32,000 bases of DNA from Acaryochloris marina MBIC11017 (GTDB lineage Bacteria; Cyanobacteriota; Cyanobacteriia; Thermosynechococcales; Thermosynechococcaceae), in assembly GCF_000018105.1 (NCBI RefSeq), contig NC_009925.1, positions 2,370,001 through 2,402,000 on the forward strand, read 5' to 3'. The translations under genes and the position numbers were made by a program. The notes below the pieces were generated by a model that made no database searches, was not told the DNA's origin, and saw only the letters and a program-made list of their open reading frames with translations. Shown piece by piece: positions 8,859-17,842 of this stretch (position 1 is the stretch's first letter; every line of letters begins with the position of its first letter).

Positions 8859-9892
8859 GTTACCAATCGGATGTGCTGGAACAACCTCAAGTTCTACACC
8901 AGCTAATTCACACCTATCAGCACCATACCGTTTGGTCTCTCTTATCTGAATATCCTCAGAGGTCCATTCTTTTAACAGGCATGGGGGCTTCCTACAATGC
9001 CCTCTATCCAGCTTGGTTTTACCTGAACCAGCAGGGTAAAACAGCCCTTCATCTCGAAACCTCTACCTTAATTCACTACCTTCCGACTCTGCTAGAGAGA
9101 CCAAGCCTGATCGTGGCCGCCTCTCAATCGGGAGAAAGTATTGAACTCCAGAAATTAGTGGCGCAAATTGAAGCTCAACGCCATCAAAGTTCACAGCCCC
9201 CTGTGCTGATTAGCGTTACGAACTCCCCACAAAATACCTTGGCAGATCATAGTGATGTGGCATTACCCACGGCAGCCGGTCCCGAAGTTGGGATTGCCAC
9301 CAAAACCTATACCAGCTCGATGTTAGTGCTTCACTTTATCGCCAGGGCATTAGCTGGCCAGCTCTACCCTCAAGACTTTGAGTATGGGGATGAGATCGCA
9401 TCCCAAGCTCAAACCTTTCTCCAAAAGCGTCAAACCGACATCTCCAAAGCGTTTAATGTCCTAAAGGCAAGTACCTACATCAGCATTATTGGCCGTGGTC
9501 CAGCCTTAGCAACAGCCAACAATGCCGCCTTAATGCTCAAAGAAGGGGTTCGCATACCCGCTGAGGGCTATTCGGGCGGGCAGTTCCGCCATGGACCGCG
9601 AGAAATGATTGCCCCTCAGATCGGTTCGATTGTCTTAACCAGCCCTGATACCACCCTGGGCATCAACCAACGCCTTGCAGCCGATATTGTCGAGTATGGC
9701 GGGCCAGTGGTTTGCATCGGCCAACCCACCATCGGGACAACCCATATTCCGCTGCCTGAGATTGAAGATATTTTTCTCCATCCCCTGTTAGAGATTTTGC
9801 CGATTCAGCGACTAGTTGCCCAGTTAGCAGATCAACAAAATATGACGCCTGGAGAATTTCGCTGGTCAGGCAAAGTCGTTGATCAAGAATAG
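8855..9892 (+). CDS. SIS-domain sugar isomerase-like protein (GlmS isomerase-domain / FrlB-AgaS-like)
   Basis: The ORF carries SIS landmarks: LTGMGASYNA, VAASQSGESIE, and a second SIS half IIGRGPALATANNAALMLKE. I place the start at ATG 8855, forming an ATGA overlap with the PP2C stop (8856..8858), rather than at the track start 8786. Confidence 0.75.
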   Translation: MSYQSDVLEQPQVLHQLIHTYQHHTVWSLLSEYPQRSILLTGMGASYNALYPAWFYLNQQGKTALHLETSTLIHYLPTLLERPSLIVAASQSGESIELQKLVAQIEAQRHQSSQPPVLISVTNSPQNTLADHSDVALPTAAGPEVGIATKTYTSSMLVLHFIARALAGQLYPQDFEYGDEIASQAQTFLQKRQTDISKAFNVLKASTYISIIGRGPALATANNAALMLKEGVRIPAEGYSGGQFRHGPREMIAPQIGSIVLTSPDTTLGINQRLAADIVEYGGPVVCIGQPTIGTTHIPLPEIEDIFLHPLLEILPIQRLVAQLADQQNMTPGEFRWSGKVVDQE

Positions 9893-9910
9893 CCGTTACT
9901 CTTAAAGCAT

Positions 9911-9938
9911 AAGCGCTCTCAGATTTCTGAGAGCGCTT
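9911..9938. terminator. Bidirectional stem-loop between the convergent SIS and apcB-like genes
   Basis: AAGCGCTCTCAGA (9911..9923) pairs perfectly with TCTGAGAGCGCTT (9926..9938), giving a 12-13 bp GC-rich stem. It lies 19 nt after the SIS stop and 46 nt after the apcB-like stop on the other strand. Flanks are A/T-rich, but there is no long U tract. Confidence 0.6.
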
Positions 9939-9983
9939 AAATCATTGTTATCGAGCAATTTTTGGAGATAGCGACGTTGAAAC

Positions 9984-10460
9984 CTAGCTCAAGCCTGCAC
10001 AGAGATGCTCAAAATAGGGGCTAATCTCATGGCCTGCAGCAGAACCCACTACATCACTGGTCACCTCTTGCATTGCACGGATGGCCTTGATTGTTGCGGC
10101 TAGAGACACACCTAAAGCTAGGTAGGTTTCCTTGAGACCATTGAGCACGCGCTCATCCAAAATAGTCGTATCGCCAGCAACCATGGCATAAGTTGCATAG
10201 CGAAGATAAAAGTCTAGATCCCGCACACATGCAGCATAACGACGGGTCGTTGGTAAAGCATCGCTACCTGGCACATCTAGGGACTTAGCAACCGCCTCTT
10301 TGACGATTTCTGCTGCGTTGTCGCGGATGATTGCAGCGGCTTCAACTTTCGGTTCATCAATTTGGAAGCTATGTTTGAGCTGCTGTAAAGCACCACCATC
10401 AATGTATTTGCCTTGAAGGTCAAATGAGGTAATCACAGAGGTGATTGTGTTTTCCATCAT
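9984..10460 (-). CDS. Allophycocyanin beta-subunit-like phycobiliprotein (orphan ApcB paralog)
   Basis: Near-collinear with remembered ApcB sequences: [71 protein letters not shown], and a C-terminal CAGLS. The chromophore Cys (AAC-VRD) is present. The start may be the second Met (10457). Confidence 0.85.
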   Translation of the reverse strand: MMENTITSVITSFDLQGKYIDGGALQQLKHSFQIDEPKVEAAAIIRDNAAEIVKEAVAKSLDVPGSDALPTTRRYAACVRDLDFYLRYATYAMVAGDTTILDERVLNGLKETYLALGVSLAATIKAIRAMQEVTSDVVGSAAGHEISPYFEHLCAGLS

Positions 10461-11019
10461 TATTTAACTTCCTTACCTGCTTCCTTGTTAAATGTCGATA
10501 AAATCTAAAAAATTAAAAGCTTTATAGCTCTACATTGACCATTATTCGGAGCTAGCACCATTACTGGCTAAACATTTGCAGTAATTCAATGCTGCGGTGA
10601 GAAACGGATGCAGATACTACCAAATCTATAAACCACATCTTCTATAGTAACCTGAGACCGAGCAGAACGCTTTAGATTGAATCTATTTTGTCCATAACTT
10701 AAAAGTCTCCAGAGACTATTTTCAGATAAGACGGTCACCATCACAGACTAGCTGTAACAGTTTTTAATATTCTATTAAGCATCCATGTTATTGCCTAGAG
10801 TGGGCTGCTCAAGATGGTTCTCCAGAGGCACATTCTACTCCCTAAGCCTCCAGGGCTAAACCATGACTGCTGGCGATCTCAAGATTCACTAGACCACTTT
10901 CTCTAAGGCGAAACGCTCAGTGATATCAGTGCGTTAATCATTCTCCCAACCCAGCGTGAAAACAGCTATAGTTCTTGTGGCTGTATTGGGACATATGCTC
11001 CTTTTCAAGACATTTAGCT

Positions 11020-12210
11020 ATGACTAACTCCCCTGTTTCGAATGGTCCTCACCCTCTGTTGAAAGCAGCTTTGGGGACATTAGATATGACGATTGAGTCT
11101 GAAATGTCTCTGTTTCGTCAACATCAGGCTCTAGCGGAGTTGCCAGACGACTTAAAGGAAGAAATCAGTGAACCTCAGATCCTGCCTGAAACTACACAAT
11201 CAGAGGCGGGATCTACAGAGGATTCTATGATTTCTAGAACTGGACCACAAGACGCTATTCCCCCATTAGAACTAGAAGATGTTGCGGAGGATTTAACGCC
11301 ATCTGAACTCGCACTCTTCCAGGTTGAGACAGACTCTGCCAATGATTCAGAAGCAAGTGATTCAGAGAATAGTGAGACAAAACTGGATCAACAAGAAGCT
11401 GTCTTAGAACCTTCACCCAGATTTAAGCAGCCTGCTGGCGTTGCTGGGGCCCCTTTACCTTCTGAGGCTACGGAAAATGATCCTCATCTATCTAAACTCG
11501 ACCCAGCCATTGACGACTATCTTGATTCTTCCACCGCCTTACGCCAGCACCTTGAAGAGGCTGTAGCTGAACCTGAGACGCCACCGGTAACGACTAACAA
11601 CCCATTGACTCCAAAGAGAATCATGTTGCTGGTGGGGGGCAGCATTGTAGGAGCATTAGTTGTAGTGCTGTTTCTTCATGCCACGGGCTTACGCAATAAA
11701 TTATGGCCTCCCAAGCAACCTCGGCCATCCGCCCAAGTTTCAGCGTCTAGTCCCCCTAAATCCCCCAGCTCTCCAGCTCAGCCTAGTGAGTCTCCTCTTG
11801 TCGCGACCTCACCACCGGGTCCTGACTTATCCAAGAAAGAGTTTTCGGATGTCAATTTAGAGAATTTGAGTCGCCTAGAACCCAGTTCCTCACCCTCGCC
11901 CTCTCCTGCCGCCAGCCCAGCTCCTCAGCCAAGCGCAGCTCCAACACCAGCAGCAACGCTATCCCAGAAACCTGTGCCCATTTTGAAAAATCAGACGTCA
12001 GAAACAGGCTTGTTCTATGTGGTGATTCCTTACAACAATGCAGCTTCGCTCCAACAAACCCGCAAGATAGTACCTACTGCATTCCTGACCAATGGTACAG
12101 GTGGTCAACAGGTGCAGGCAGGGGCTCTAGAATCCTTAGATGCAGCAAAGCGATTGGCTAAGCAGCTCCGGTCCAAGGGTCTATCTGCCGCCATCATTGC
12201 GCCAGGCTGA
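11020..12210 (+). CDS. SPOR-domain protein: acidic N-terminus, one TM helix, Pro/Ser-rich linker, C-terminal SPOR-like domain
   Basis: TM helix: IMLLVGGSIVGALVVVLFL. Linker: PSAQVSASSPPKSPSSPAQPSESP...SPSPSPAASPAPQPSAAPTP. C-terminus GLFYVVIPYNNAASLQQTRKIVPTAFL...QVQAGALESLDAAKRLAKQLRSKGLSAAII resembles a SPOR fold pattern. ATG 11020 is preferred over the TTG at 10975. Confidence 0.6.
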   Translation: MTNSPVSNGPHPLLKAALGTLDMTIESEMSLFRQHQALAELPDDLKEEISEPQILPETTQSEAGSTEDSMISRTGPQDAIPPLELEDVAEDLTPSELALFQVETDSANDSEASDSENSETKLDQQEAVLEPSPRFKQPAGVAGAPLPSEATENDPHLSKLDPAIDDYLDSSTALRQHLEEAVAEPETPPVTTNNPLTPKRIMLLVGGSIVGALVVVLFLHATGLRNKLWPPKQPRPSAQVSASSPPKSPSSPAQPSESPLVATSPPGPDLSKKEFSDVNLENLSRLEPSSSPSPSPAASPAPQPSAAPTPAATLSQKPVPILKNQTSETGLFYVVIPYNNAASLQQTRKIVPTAFLTNGTGGQQVQAGALESLDAAKRLAKQLRSKGLSAAIIAPG

Positions 12211-12217
12211 TAAGCAC

Positions 12218-13218
12218 CTAGCTAAAATTAATTACATAATCATCGCCGTAGGCTTTCAAAACTCTTTCCACATATTCGACCAAAGATGACCACCCCCAGT
12301 AGGCACTCATTTCAATCCACTGATATTTCATGAATTGCCACAGACGCTCAATCAAATTTAGATGGGGAGAATAGCTTGGCAACTCAAACAAGGTAATTCC
12401 CCGTTCGGCCCACTCTGCTTTCATCTCATAGATTGATTGGCTCGTATGGATAGGGGCTTGATCCACCACAATGACGGTGGGCAACTCCACGTCAGCAAAA
12501 AAGGTATCAATGCAATGACTGACAACCTCACTGGTGATGGTCTGTTCTGATGTATAAGCATGTAGCCCTTGTCGTCGACTCAAAAACCCCAGAACATTCA
12601 AGCGTTTACTTGAACGAGTCGGTATTTCCAGATACGTCCCTATGGGTTGCCATCCATAGGGAATACAGGGGACTAACGAAAAACCACTCTCATCCATAAA
12701 GAATAGATGGATGTCTCCCTTCTCTTCCTGTTCCTTGAGATGTTCTAACTGCTGTTTTTTTCGAGGTAGTGGGCATATAAAGGCTGGCCTGATGTCCCTT
12801 GGCGAAAGCGATGCCAGCTCATGTCCATCTGCTTCAAGACGCGTTTAACTGTGGCCTTTGACACGCGTACTGACCACTGTTGTTCAATCTGAGCTAACAC
12901 CTGATTGAGTTGGATGGGAGATGCCTGAGTCCACTCATAAATCTGCTGTTGTTGGTCGGGATTAAACATCGGTTTTCGACCTCGACCTGGGTGATTATAG
13001 AGTCCTGCAAATCCTCGGTTGTTCCAAGCCTTAAGCCAGTTGTAAACCGTTTTAGGACTCACACTAAAAAGGGAGGCTAAGGTGTAGGGGGGCCAACCCT
13101 GGGCGAACAAAATGAGGCAATGGGCGCGTTGTCTGACCTGATGATGGCGACTACTGTGATAAATCCGATGCAATAAGCGTAAGCTTTCGGTGGAGATAGG
13201 ACGGACTAATAACATCAA
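12218..13218 (-). CDS. IS630-family transposase, OrfA (HTH) plus OrfB (DDE) joined by a -1 frameshift
   Basis: OrfA (12745..13218) has HTH-like segments (SPKTVYNWLKAW, GRGRKP). OrfB (12218..12697; its frame is open upstream through the A7 run) has DESGF, VVDQAPIH and SPHLNLIERLW (DDE_3-like). A -1 slip gives ...AHYLEKKQQLEHLKEQEEKGDIHLFFMDESGF... Confidence 0.85.
12755..12761 (-). promoter_or_regulatory. A7 slippery run for a -1 frameshift (ribosomal or transcriptional slippage) in the IS630 transposase
   Basis: The minus strand reads CTC GAA AAA AAC AGC AGT TAG in the OrfA frame. The OrfB frame is -1 relative to it and is open across AAAAAAA. Confidence 0.7.
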
Positions 13219-13308
13219 ATCAATGGATGTAAACAGAGGACTCAGGTAGTTTACAACCAGGAAATTCTATGTAATTAATTTTGTTCATCTGCTTATTTAG
13301 TCTCTGGC

Positions 13309-15303
13309 TTAGCTAGCCTTAGCCAGAGGGGAGAGAGTGACGGGTGGTGCATACCTAGCCCCATCAGCAGCGTCACTCGACTCAGGTAAAAGAAATTCTC
13401 GAATCACCCGTACCAATGCTTTTTGCAAAAGACCAGTAGCAATTTGCTGGCCTAGGGCTTGGGTTTCAGGTTTAACCAACAAAGGCGGAACCACGCTGGC
13501 AAGCTTAACAGGGTCAAAACCCGGCGTTTCTTGCAACAATCCAAAAATGCGTTGAATATGGCCAAAATTGGCCTCTAAGTCAGCCACTGAGGCTTCATCG
13601 ACCTCCCATCCCATCTGCTCTCGGAATTTAGCCGTCAAACCATGCCAAGTGGTCTGCCCAAAAGCATCGATGCCATTGACGAGCTCTTGCGCCATTCGAT
13701 CTCGGATCAGTTCTCCTCGTTCTGAGAATAGATAATCGAGGGCTTGGTCTAGGGAGCCGCTTAGATCGTAATCAAAGTTGTTGCGGGCATTTTTCATCAG
13801 GTTTTCGAGGCGATTCCAGCGAAAACTATTTTCTTTAAACAGTAAGTCTTTCAAACTTTCCCGGAGTTCAGGAGCGGGATCCGTCAAAATTCGTTTGGCA
13901 ACATAGGGATAGGCAGCGCTCAAGACTTTAAAGTCTTTATCTACCCCAATGGCAATCCCTTCCATGGTCAGTAGGGAACGCACAATCAGGGCGTAGTAGG
14001 ACGGGACCCGAAACGGATACTCATACATAATTTCAGACAGCTGATCAAAGATGCTCTGAATATTGAGTTCCGCAACGCTGGCCCCCAAAGCATTGTTAAA
14101 GACTACGCCTAGGGCCGGAATAATGGGTTCTAAATTAGTGTCTGGAGTTAGGAAGCCTAAGTGGACATAGTCGTGAGCTAAAGCTTCAAATTCACGATTA
14201 ATGATGTGGACAATAGCGTTAATCAGACCATAGCGCTGTTCAAGCTTGATTTCGCTCATCATGCCGAAGTCAAGGTAGGCCAACTTGCCATCTGGTGTAG
14301 CCAGCAGGTTGCCCGGATGAGGATCTGCATGGAAAAAGCCATGCTCTAGGAGCTGCCGCAGGGAGCAATTGACACCGACGTCAATCAGGTGGCGCGCATC
14401 AATGCCTTGCGCCTGAATTTTCTCGGGCTGATTGAGTTTAGTCCCCGTGATCCACTCCATGGTCAAGACCCGGCGATTGGTATATTCCCAATAAATTTTA
14501 GGAATATAGATTTCAGGGAGGTATTCATACAGATGGGCAAAGCGCTCAGCGTTGCGACCTTCCTGGGTATAATCGACTTCTTCAAAGAGTCGTCCGGCAA
14601 ATTCATCCAGAATGCCGACTAAATCGCTGCGGATGGATTTGTTATTTTTCTGCACCCAGGCGGCAAGACCCCGCAGAATATAGATATCAAGGGTGACCTG
14701 TTCTGCCAGATCAGGGCGCTGAACTTTGACGGCCACCCATTCTCCAGAGTGCAGTTGCCCCTTGTAAACTTGGCCTAGGGAAGCAGCGGCAATGGGTTCT
14801 GGGGTTAATTGGGCATACAAATCTTGGGGTGGGCGTCCCAGTTCTTCTTCGATAAAGCGGTAGGCAATCTCATTCGAGAATGCTGGCAGCTGATCTTGGA
14901 GTTTAGATAATTCTTCTAAGTACGGACCTGTAAGGATATCGGGGCGCGTGGATAAGGCCTGACCAATTTTGATAAAAGCAGGCCCTAGGGCGGTGAGGGT
15001 TTCTCTTAATTGGACCGCTCGCCGCTTTTGCCGTTCAGGGGAGGTTGGTGTTCGCTTATCCCACCAACGCCGGGCAAAGAGCAGAAGAAATGGCCAGAGG
15101 ATGGTGACCCATCGTTGGAGGACTCGAAAAATTTGGCCTTGAAATTTTTGCTGAATCTTGGCTGGATCGTAAGCCTCAAACTCTATGGCTGAGGTGAGGT
15201 TCGAGGGGCTCTCAGTGGCCACGGCTACCCCAGAAAAATCGGCCGTTGATGGGCCAGCGGGCAGAGAAGGGGACTGTGGGGAGGTCGGTTCAGCCAAGGT
15301 CAT
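13309..15303 (-). CDS. ABC1/UbiB-family atypical protein kinase
   Basis: 664-aa ORF with family landmarks: LGPAFIKIGQALSTRPD, PIAAASLGQVYKG, VAVKVQRP, FHADPHPGNL, YLDFGMM. Confidence 0.9.
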   Translation of the reverse strand: MTLAEPTSPQSPSLPAGPSTADFSGVAVATESPSNLTSAIEFEAYDPAKIQQKFQGQIFRVLQRWVTILWPFLLLFARRWWDKRTPTSPERQKRRAVQLRETLTALGPAFIKIGQALSTRPDILTGPYLEELSKLQDQLPAFSNEIAYRFIEEELGRPPQDLYAQLTPEPIAAASLGQVYKGQLHSGEWVAVKVQRPDLAEQVTLDIYILRGLAAWVQKNNKSIRSDLVGILDEFAGRLFEEVDYTQEGRNAERFAHLYEYLPEIYIPKIYWEYTNRRVLTMEWITGTKLNQPEKIQAQGIDARHLIDVGVNCSLRQLLEHGFFHADPHPGNLLATPDGKLAYLDFGMMSEIKLEQRYGLINAIVHIINREFEALAHDYVHLGFLTPDTNLEPIIPALGVVFNNALGASVAELNIQSIFDQLSEIMYEYPFRVPSYYALIVRSLLTMEGIAIGVDKDFKVLSAAYPYVAKRILTDPAPELRESLKDLLFKENSFRWNRLENLMKNARNNFDYDLSGSLDQALDYLFSERGELIRDRMAQELVNGIDAFGQTTWHGLTAKFREQMGWEVDEASVADLEANFGHIQRIFGLLQETPGFDPVKLASVVPPLLVKPETQALGQQIATGLLQKALVRVIREFLLPESSDAADGARYAPPVTLSPLAKAS

Positions 15304-15455
15304 GGGTACAAAGATCTAAGACAATGTTGCTTTAGACGTATCGAATAGTTACGGCATAGGCCACAGTAAGATACGGTCTCTTGTAAAGCATTGTAACAAT
15401 TAAGCTGTCCTTCTGTTGGCTTGAGACGCTTTGCTATGGGTTAGGGAATGGATTT

Positions 15456-15463
15456 GCGATCGC
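15456..15463. repeat. HIP1 octamer (extended palindrome TTTGCGATCGCAAA, 15453..15466)
   Basis: Exact GCGATCGC in the intergenic region. Confidence 0.95.
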
Positions 15464-15679
15464 AAACCCGCATCACCCCAAAACATGTCAACCTTCCGCT
15501 CCAATCAGTCCAATACAAATATGGAGCATAAAAAACAATTAAGAAATGATTGGGATAGACGGCGTTAGGACTTCAAAGTCAATATCCAATAGTTGAAGCT
15601 AGGCGGGCTTTACAGCCTTATTTCTAACATCAGAACGGCCATCGAAAAAAATGTTTGCACTTCAGCGCCAGTTCAGCAA

Positions 15680-15728
15680 AAAGCATATATAGTGTTTATC
15701 GATGGTCAATGACCACACATATAGCGCT
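15680..15728 (+). promoter_or_regulatory. Candidate tandem NrdR boxes upstream of nrdJ
   Basis: AAAGCATATATAGTGT (15680..15695) matches the remembered NrdR consensus acaCwAtATaTwgtgt at about 13 of 16 positions. A weaker, shortened copy ACACATATAGCG lies at 15715..15726. The centres are about 33 bp apart, and the pair sits 130-180 nt upstream of the nrdJ ATG. Confidence 0.4.
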
Positions 15729-15756
15729 AATAGACCATCCTTCCAAACCTGTTGGT

Positions 15757-15782
15757 CTCACTAGCATGGGATAGCTAGTGAG
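15757..15782 (+). other. Perfect 9-bp hairpin in the nrdJ leader
   Basis: CTCACTAGC (15757..15765) pairs with GCTAGTGAG (15774..15782) around an 8-nt loop ATGGGATA. It lies about 75 nt upstream of ATG 15859. Function unknown. Confidence 0.3.
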
Positions 15783-15858
15783 CCATGCAATACTTGGAAA
15801 ATTAATTCTACATAGCGCGATTTCATCCCGTTCTTCTGACCTCAACGCTAGATGTGCC

Positions 15859-17808
15859 ATGGTTGCCACTCAATCTTTTATAACTGAACTCAGCGAATCC
15901 CAAAAAGCGGTTCTCCAAAAGTATCTGATCGAAGATGAAGTCTCCTGGGAAGACGTCGTTCACCGAGTAGCGACCTATGTTGCCAGTGCGGAATCAACAC
16001 CAGAGCAGCAAAGCTATTGGCAAGAAAAATTTCTGTCGATTTTGCAGCCCATGAAGTTTGTGCCTGGTGGTTCCATCTTGGCCAACTGTGATCATGGCAC
16101 CCGTGGCTTGCTGAATTGTTTTGTCCTTTCGGCTGAAGATCACATCCATGACATCACTAAATTAGTGTCTGACTCGGTACTCACCACCAAATTCAGAGGT
16201 GGGGTGGGGATCAATATTGGGGCAGAAGGCTCCAAGGGATATATCCGCCAAAAAGGCGCACCGTTTCAAGATGGGAAAGCGCTTGGTCCCTGTGCAGTCT
16301 TAGATATGGTGTCTGAGAACTCCAAGAAAATCACCACTGGCAACAAGGCCCGCCGAGGTGCATTTCTATTTTCCATGAACTGGAAGCACCCTGATATTTG
16401 GGAATTTATTCAGGCGAAAACCCAGTCCACCATTGATGCCAATTTTGCCAAGTCAGTGATGGAGGAGTTAGCCCAACTGGCTCAACAGGATGAACCGTCT
16501 CAGGGAAAGCAAGAGAAGCTCAAAGCTTTACATACAGAGGTCGGCACAGCTTGGGTGGAAACCCATCTCAATCCAGAAGGTAAACGCGATCGCAGATGGC
16601 ATAACGCCAACATCTCAGTGCAGCTAGATGACGAGTTCTTTGCCAAACTCGATCAAGGCGATGAAGAAGCCAACAAACTCTGGCAGGCTATGGCTGAAAA
16701 TGCCCATGCTACCGCAGACCCTGGCTTACTGCTGATCGACAATGCCAAGCGTCGGAGTCCGATTCGAGATTTTGTTACTTGTACCAATCCCTGTGGGGAA
16801 ATCTTCCTCCCCCCCAACTCAGCGTGTAACCTCGGCTCTCTGGTGCTCACCAAGTTTGTCCGTCGGACTGCAGAGGGCAACATTGAAATTGATTGGGATG
16901 ACTTAGCTGAGACCGTCAGAATTGCGATTCGCTTTCTGGATAACGTTCTCGATGTCTCTGAATTTGCGACTCCCGACCAAAAACATAATGTCCGCGATGT
17001 CTTTCGTCAGTTGGGCTTAGGCATTATGGGCTGGGCTGATTACCTGAAACTCGCTCGGATTCCCTATGATTCAGCCCGACACTTAGAAGAAATCGATCGC
17101 TGGGGCAGCTGGATTGCAGCTCATGCCTACCGAACCTCGGAAGCAATTGCCGCTGAAAAAGGAGCCTGTGGTGTTTGGGATCAGATTAAAGATATCCAGA
17201 CTGGCAATCCTTTTGAACGCTGGATGGATAGTGAAGGGAACTACTATAACGGCACAGAAGCTCACCATAACGATCGTCAAGATTTGACCCAAGTGCCTCG
17301 CCGTAACTCCACAGTTTTATCCATTGCCCCCACAGGAAGCATTGCCCAGCTGGCAGCCTGCTCTTGGGCTTTTGAGCCAGACTTTGGTTTAACCCTATGG
17401 AAGCAAGTGTTTGTGGACGCTTCTCGTAGTCAGCAAAACTGGGTGCAAATTCTCAATCCTTATTTGGATGAGTTGAACCTACCAGAAGCTGATGCTGAGA
17501 TCGTCAAGCAAACGGGATCGCTTGCCGATACTAACTATGGCAAGCAACATCCAGAAATTGCCCGTAGTTTCAAGATTGCCCGGGAGATTCCACCCGGTTG
17601 GCATATCCTTGTGCAGTCCAAATGGCAGAGCTGGATTGATTCTTCTATTTCTAAGACCATCAATCTCCCGGCTCATGCCACAGTAGACGAAATCAAGCAG
17701 ATTTATCGATTGGCCGAAAAAGCAGGACTCAAAGGCGTCACAATCTACCGATCCGGCACCTTAGACTCTGAACCGATCAAGGTCGGCAATAGCGAGAAAG
17801 ACTCCTAG
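15859..17808 (+). CDS. nrdJ: Class II (adenosylcobalamin-dependent) ribonucleotide reductase, large catalytic fragment (NrdJa-like)
   Basis: RNR active-site finger CTNPCGEIFLPPNSACNLGSL; SIAPTGSI; ISKTINLP; GVTIYRSG. There is no ATP-cone and no adjacent R2 gene. The ORF stops shortly after the TIYRSG motif, and the usual C-terminal part is encoded by the next ORF. ATG 15859 is preferred over GTG 15778. Confidence 0.8.
   Translation: MVATQSFITELSESQKAVLQKYLIEDEVSWEDVVHRVATYVASAESTPEQQSYWQEKFLSILQPMKFVPGGSILANCDHGTRGLLNCFVLSAEDHIHDITKLVSDSVLTTKFRGGVGINIGAEGSKGYIRQKGAPFQDGKALGPCAVLDMVSENSKKITTGNKARRGAFLFSMNWKHPDIWEFIQAKTQSTIDANFAKSVMEELAQLAQQDEPSQGKQEKLKALHTEVGTAWVETHLNPEGKRDRRWHNANISVQLDDEFFAKLDQGDEEANKLWQAMAENAHATADPGLLLIDNAKRRSPIRDFVTCTNPCGEIFLPPNSACNLGSLVLTKFVRRTAEGNIEIDWDDLAETVRIAIRFLDNVLDVSEFATPDQKHNVRDVFRQLGLGIMGWADYLKLARIPYDSARHLEEIDRWGSWIAAHAYRTSEAIAAEKGACGVWDQIKDIQTGNPFERWMDSEGNYYNGTEAHHNDRQDLTQVPRRNSTVLSIAPTGSIAQLAACSWAFEPDFGLTLWKQVFVDASRSQQNWVQILNPYLDELNLPEADAEIVKQTGSLADTNYGKQHPEIARSFKIAREIPPGWHILVQSKWQSWIDSSISKTINLPAHATVDEIKQIYRLAEKAGLKGVTIYRSGTLDSEPIKVGNSEKDS
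16586..16593. repeat. HIP1 octamer
   Basis: Exact GCGATCGC. Confidence 0.95.
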
Positions 17809-17842
17809 TCCCCATCACCCAGACGCAGAAGAAGGTATAGGC

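Larger units (their letters stand above)
12211..13295 (-). mobile_element. IS630-family insertion sequence, apparently intact, flanked by TA
   Basis: The left end is TA-AGCACCTAGCTAAAATTAATTACATA (12211..12238). The reverse complement of the right end (13295..13268) is TA-AGCAGATGAACAAAATTAATTACATA. Matching positions are the outer AGCA plus a perfect 15-mer AAAATTAATTACATA (12224..12238 and 13268..13282). TA at both junctions fits IS630 TA target duplication. A two-frame transposase lies inside. Confidence 0.8.

Noticed and set aside
15304-15858. Possible cobalamin riboswitch in the 555-bp region upstream of the B12-dependent nrdJ.
   Set aside because: I could not find a B12-box-like element (AGYCMGGAGACCKGCC type) or the conserved GCCACTG core on either strand. 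B12 riboswitches normally control B12-independent isozymes or B12 supply, not nrdJ. A covariance-model scan (Rfam RF00174) would settle it.
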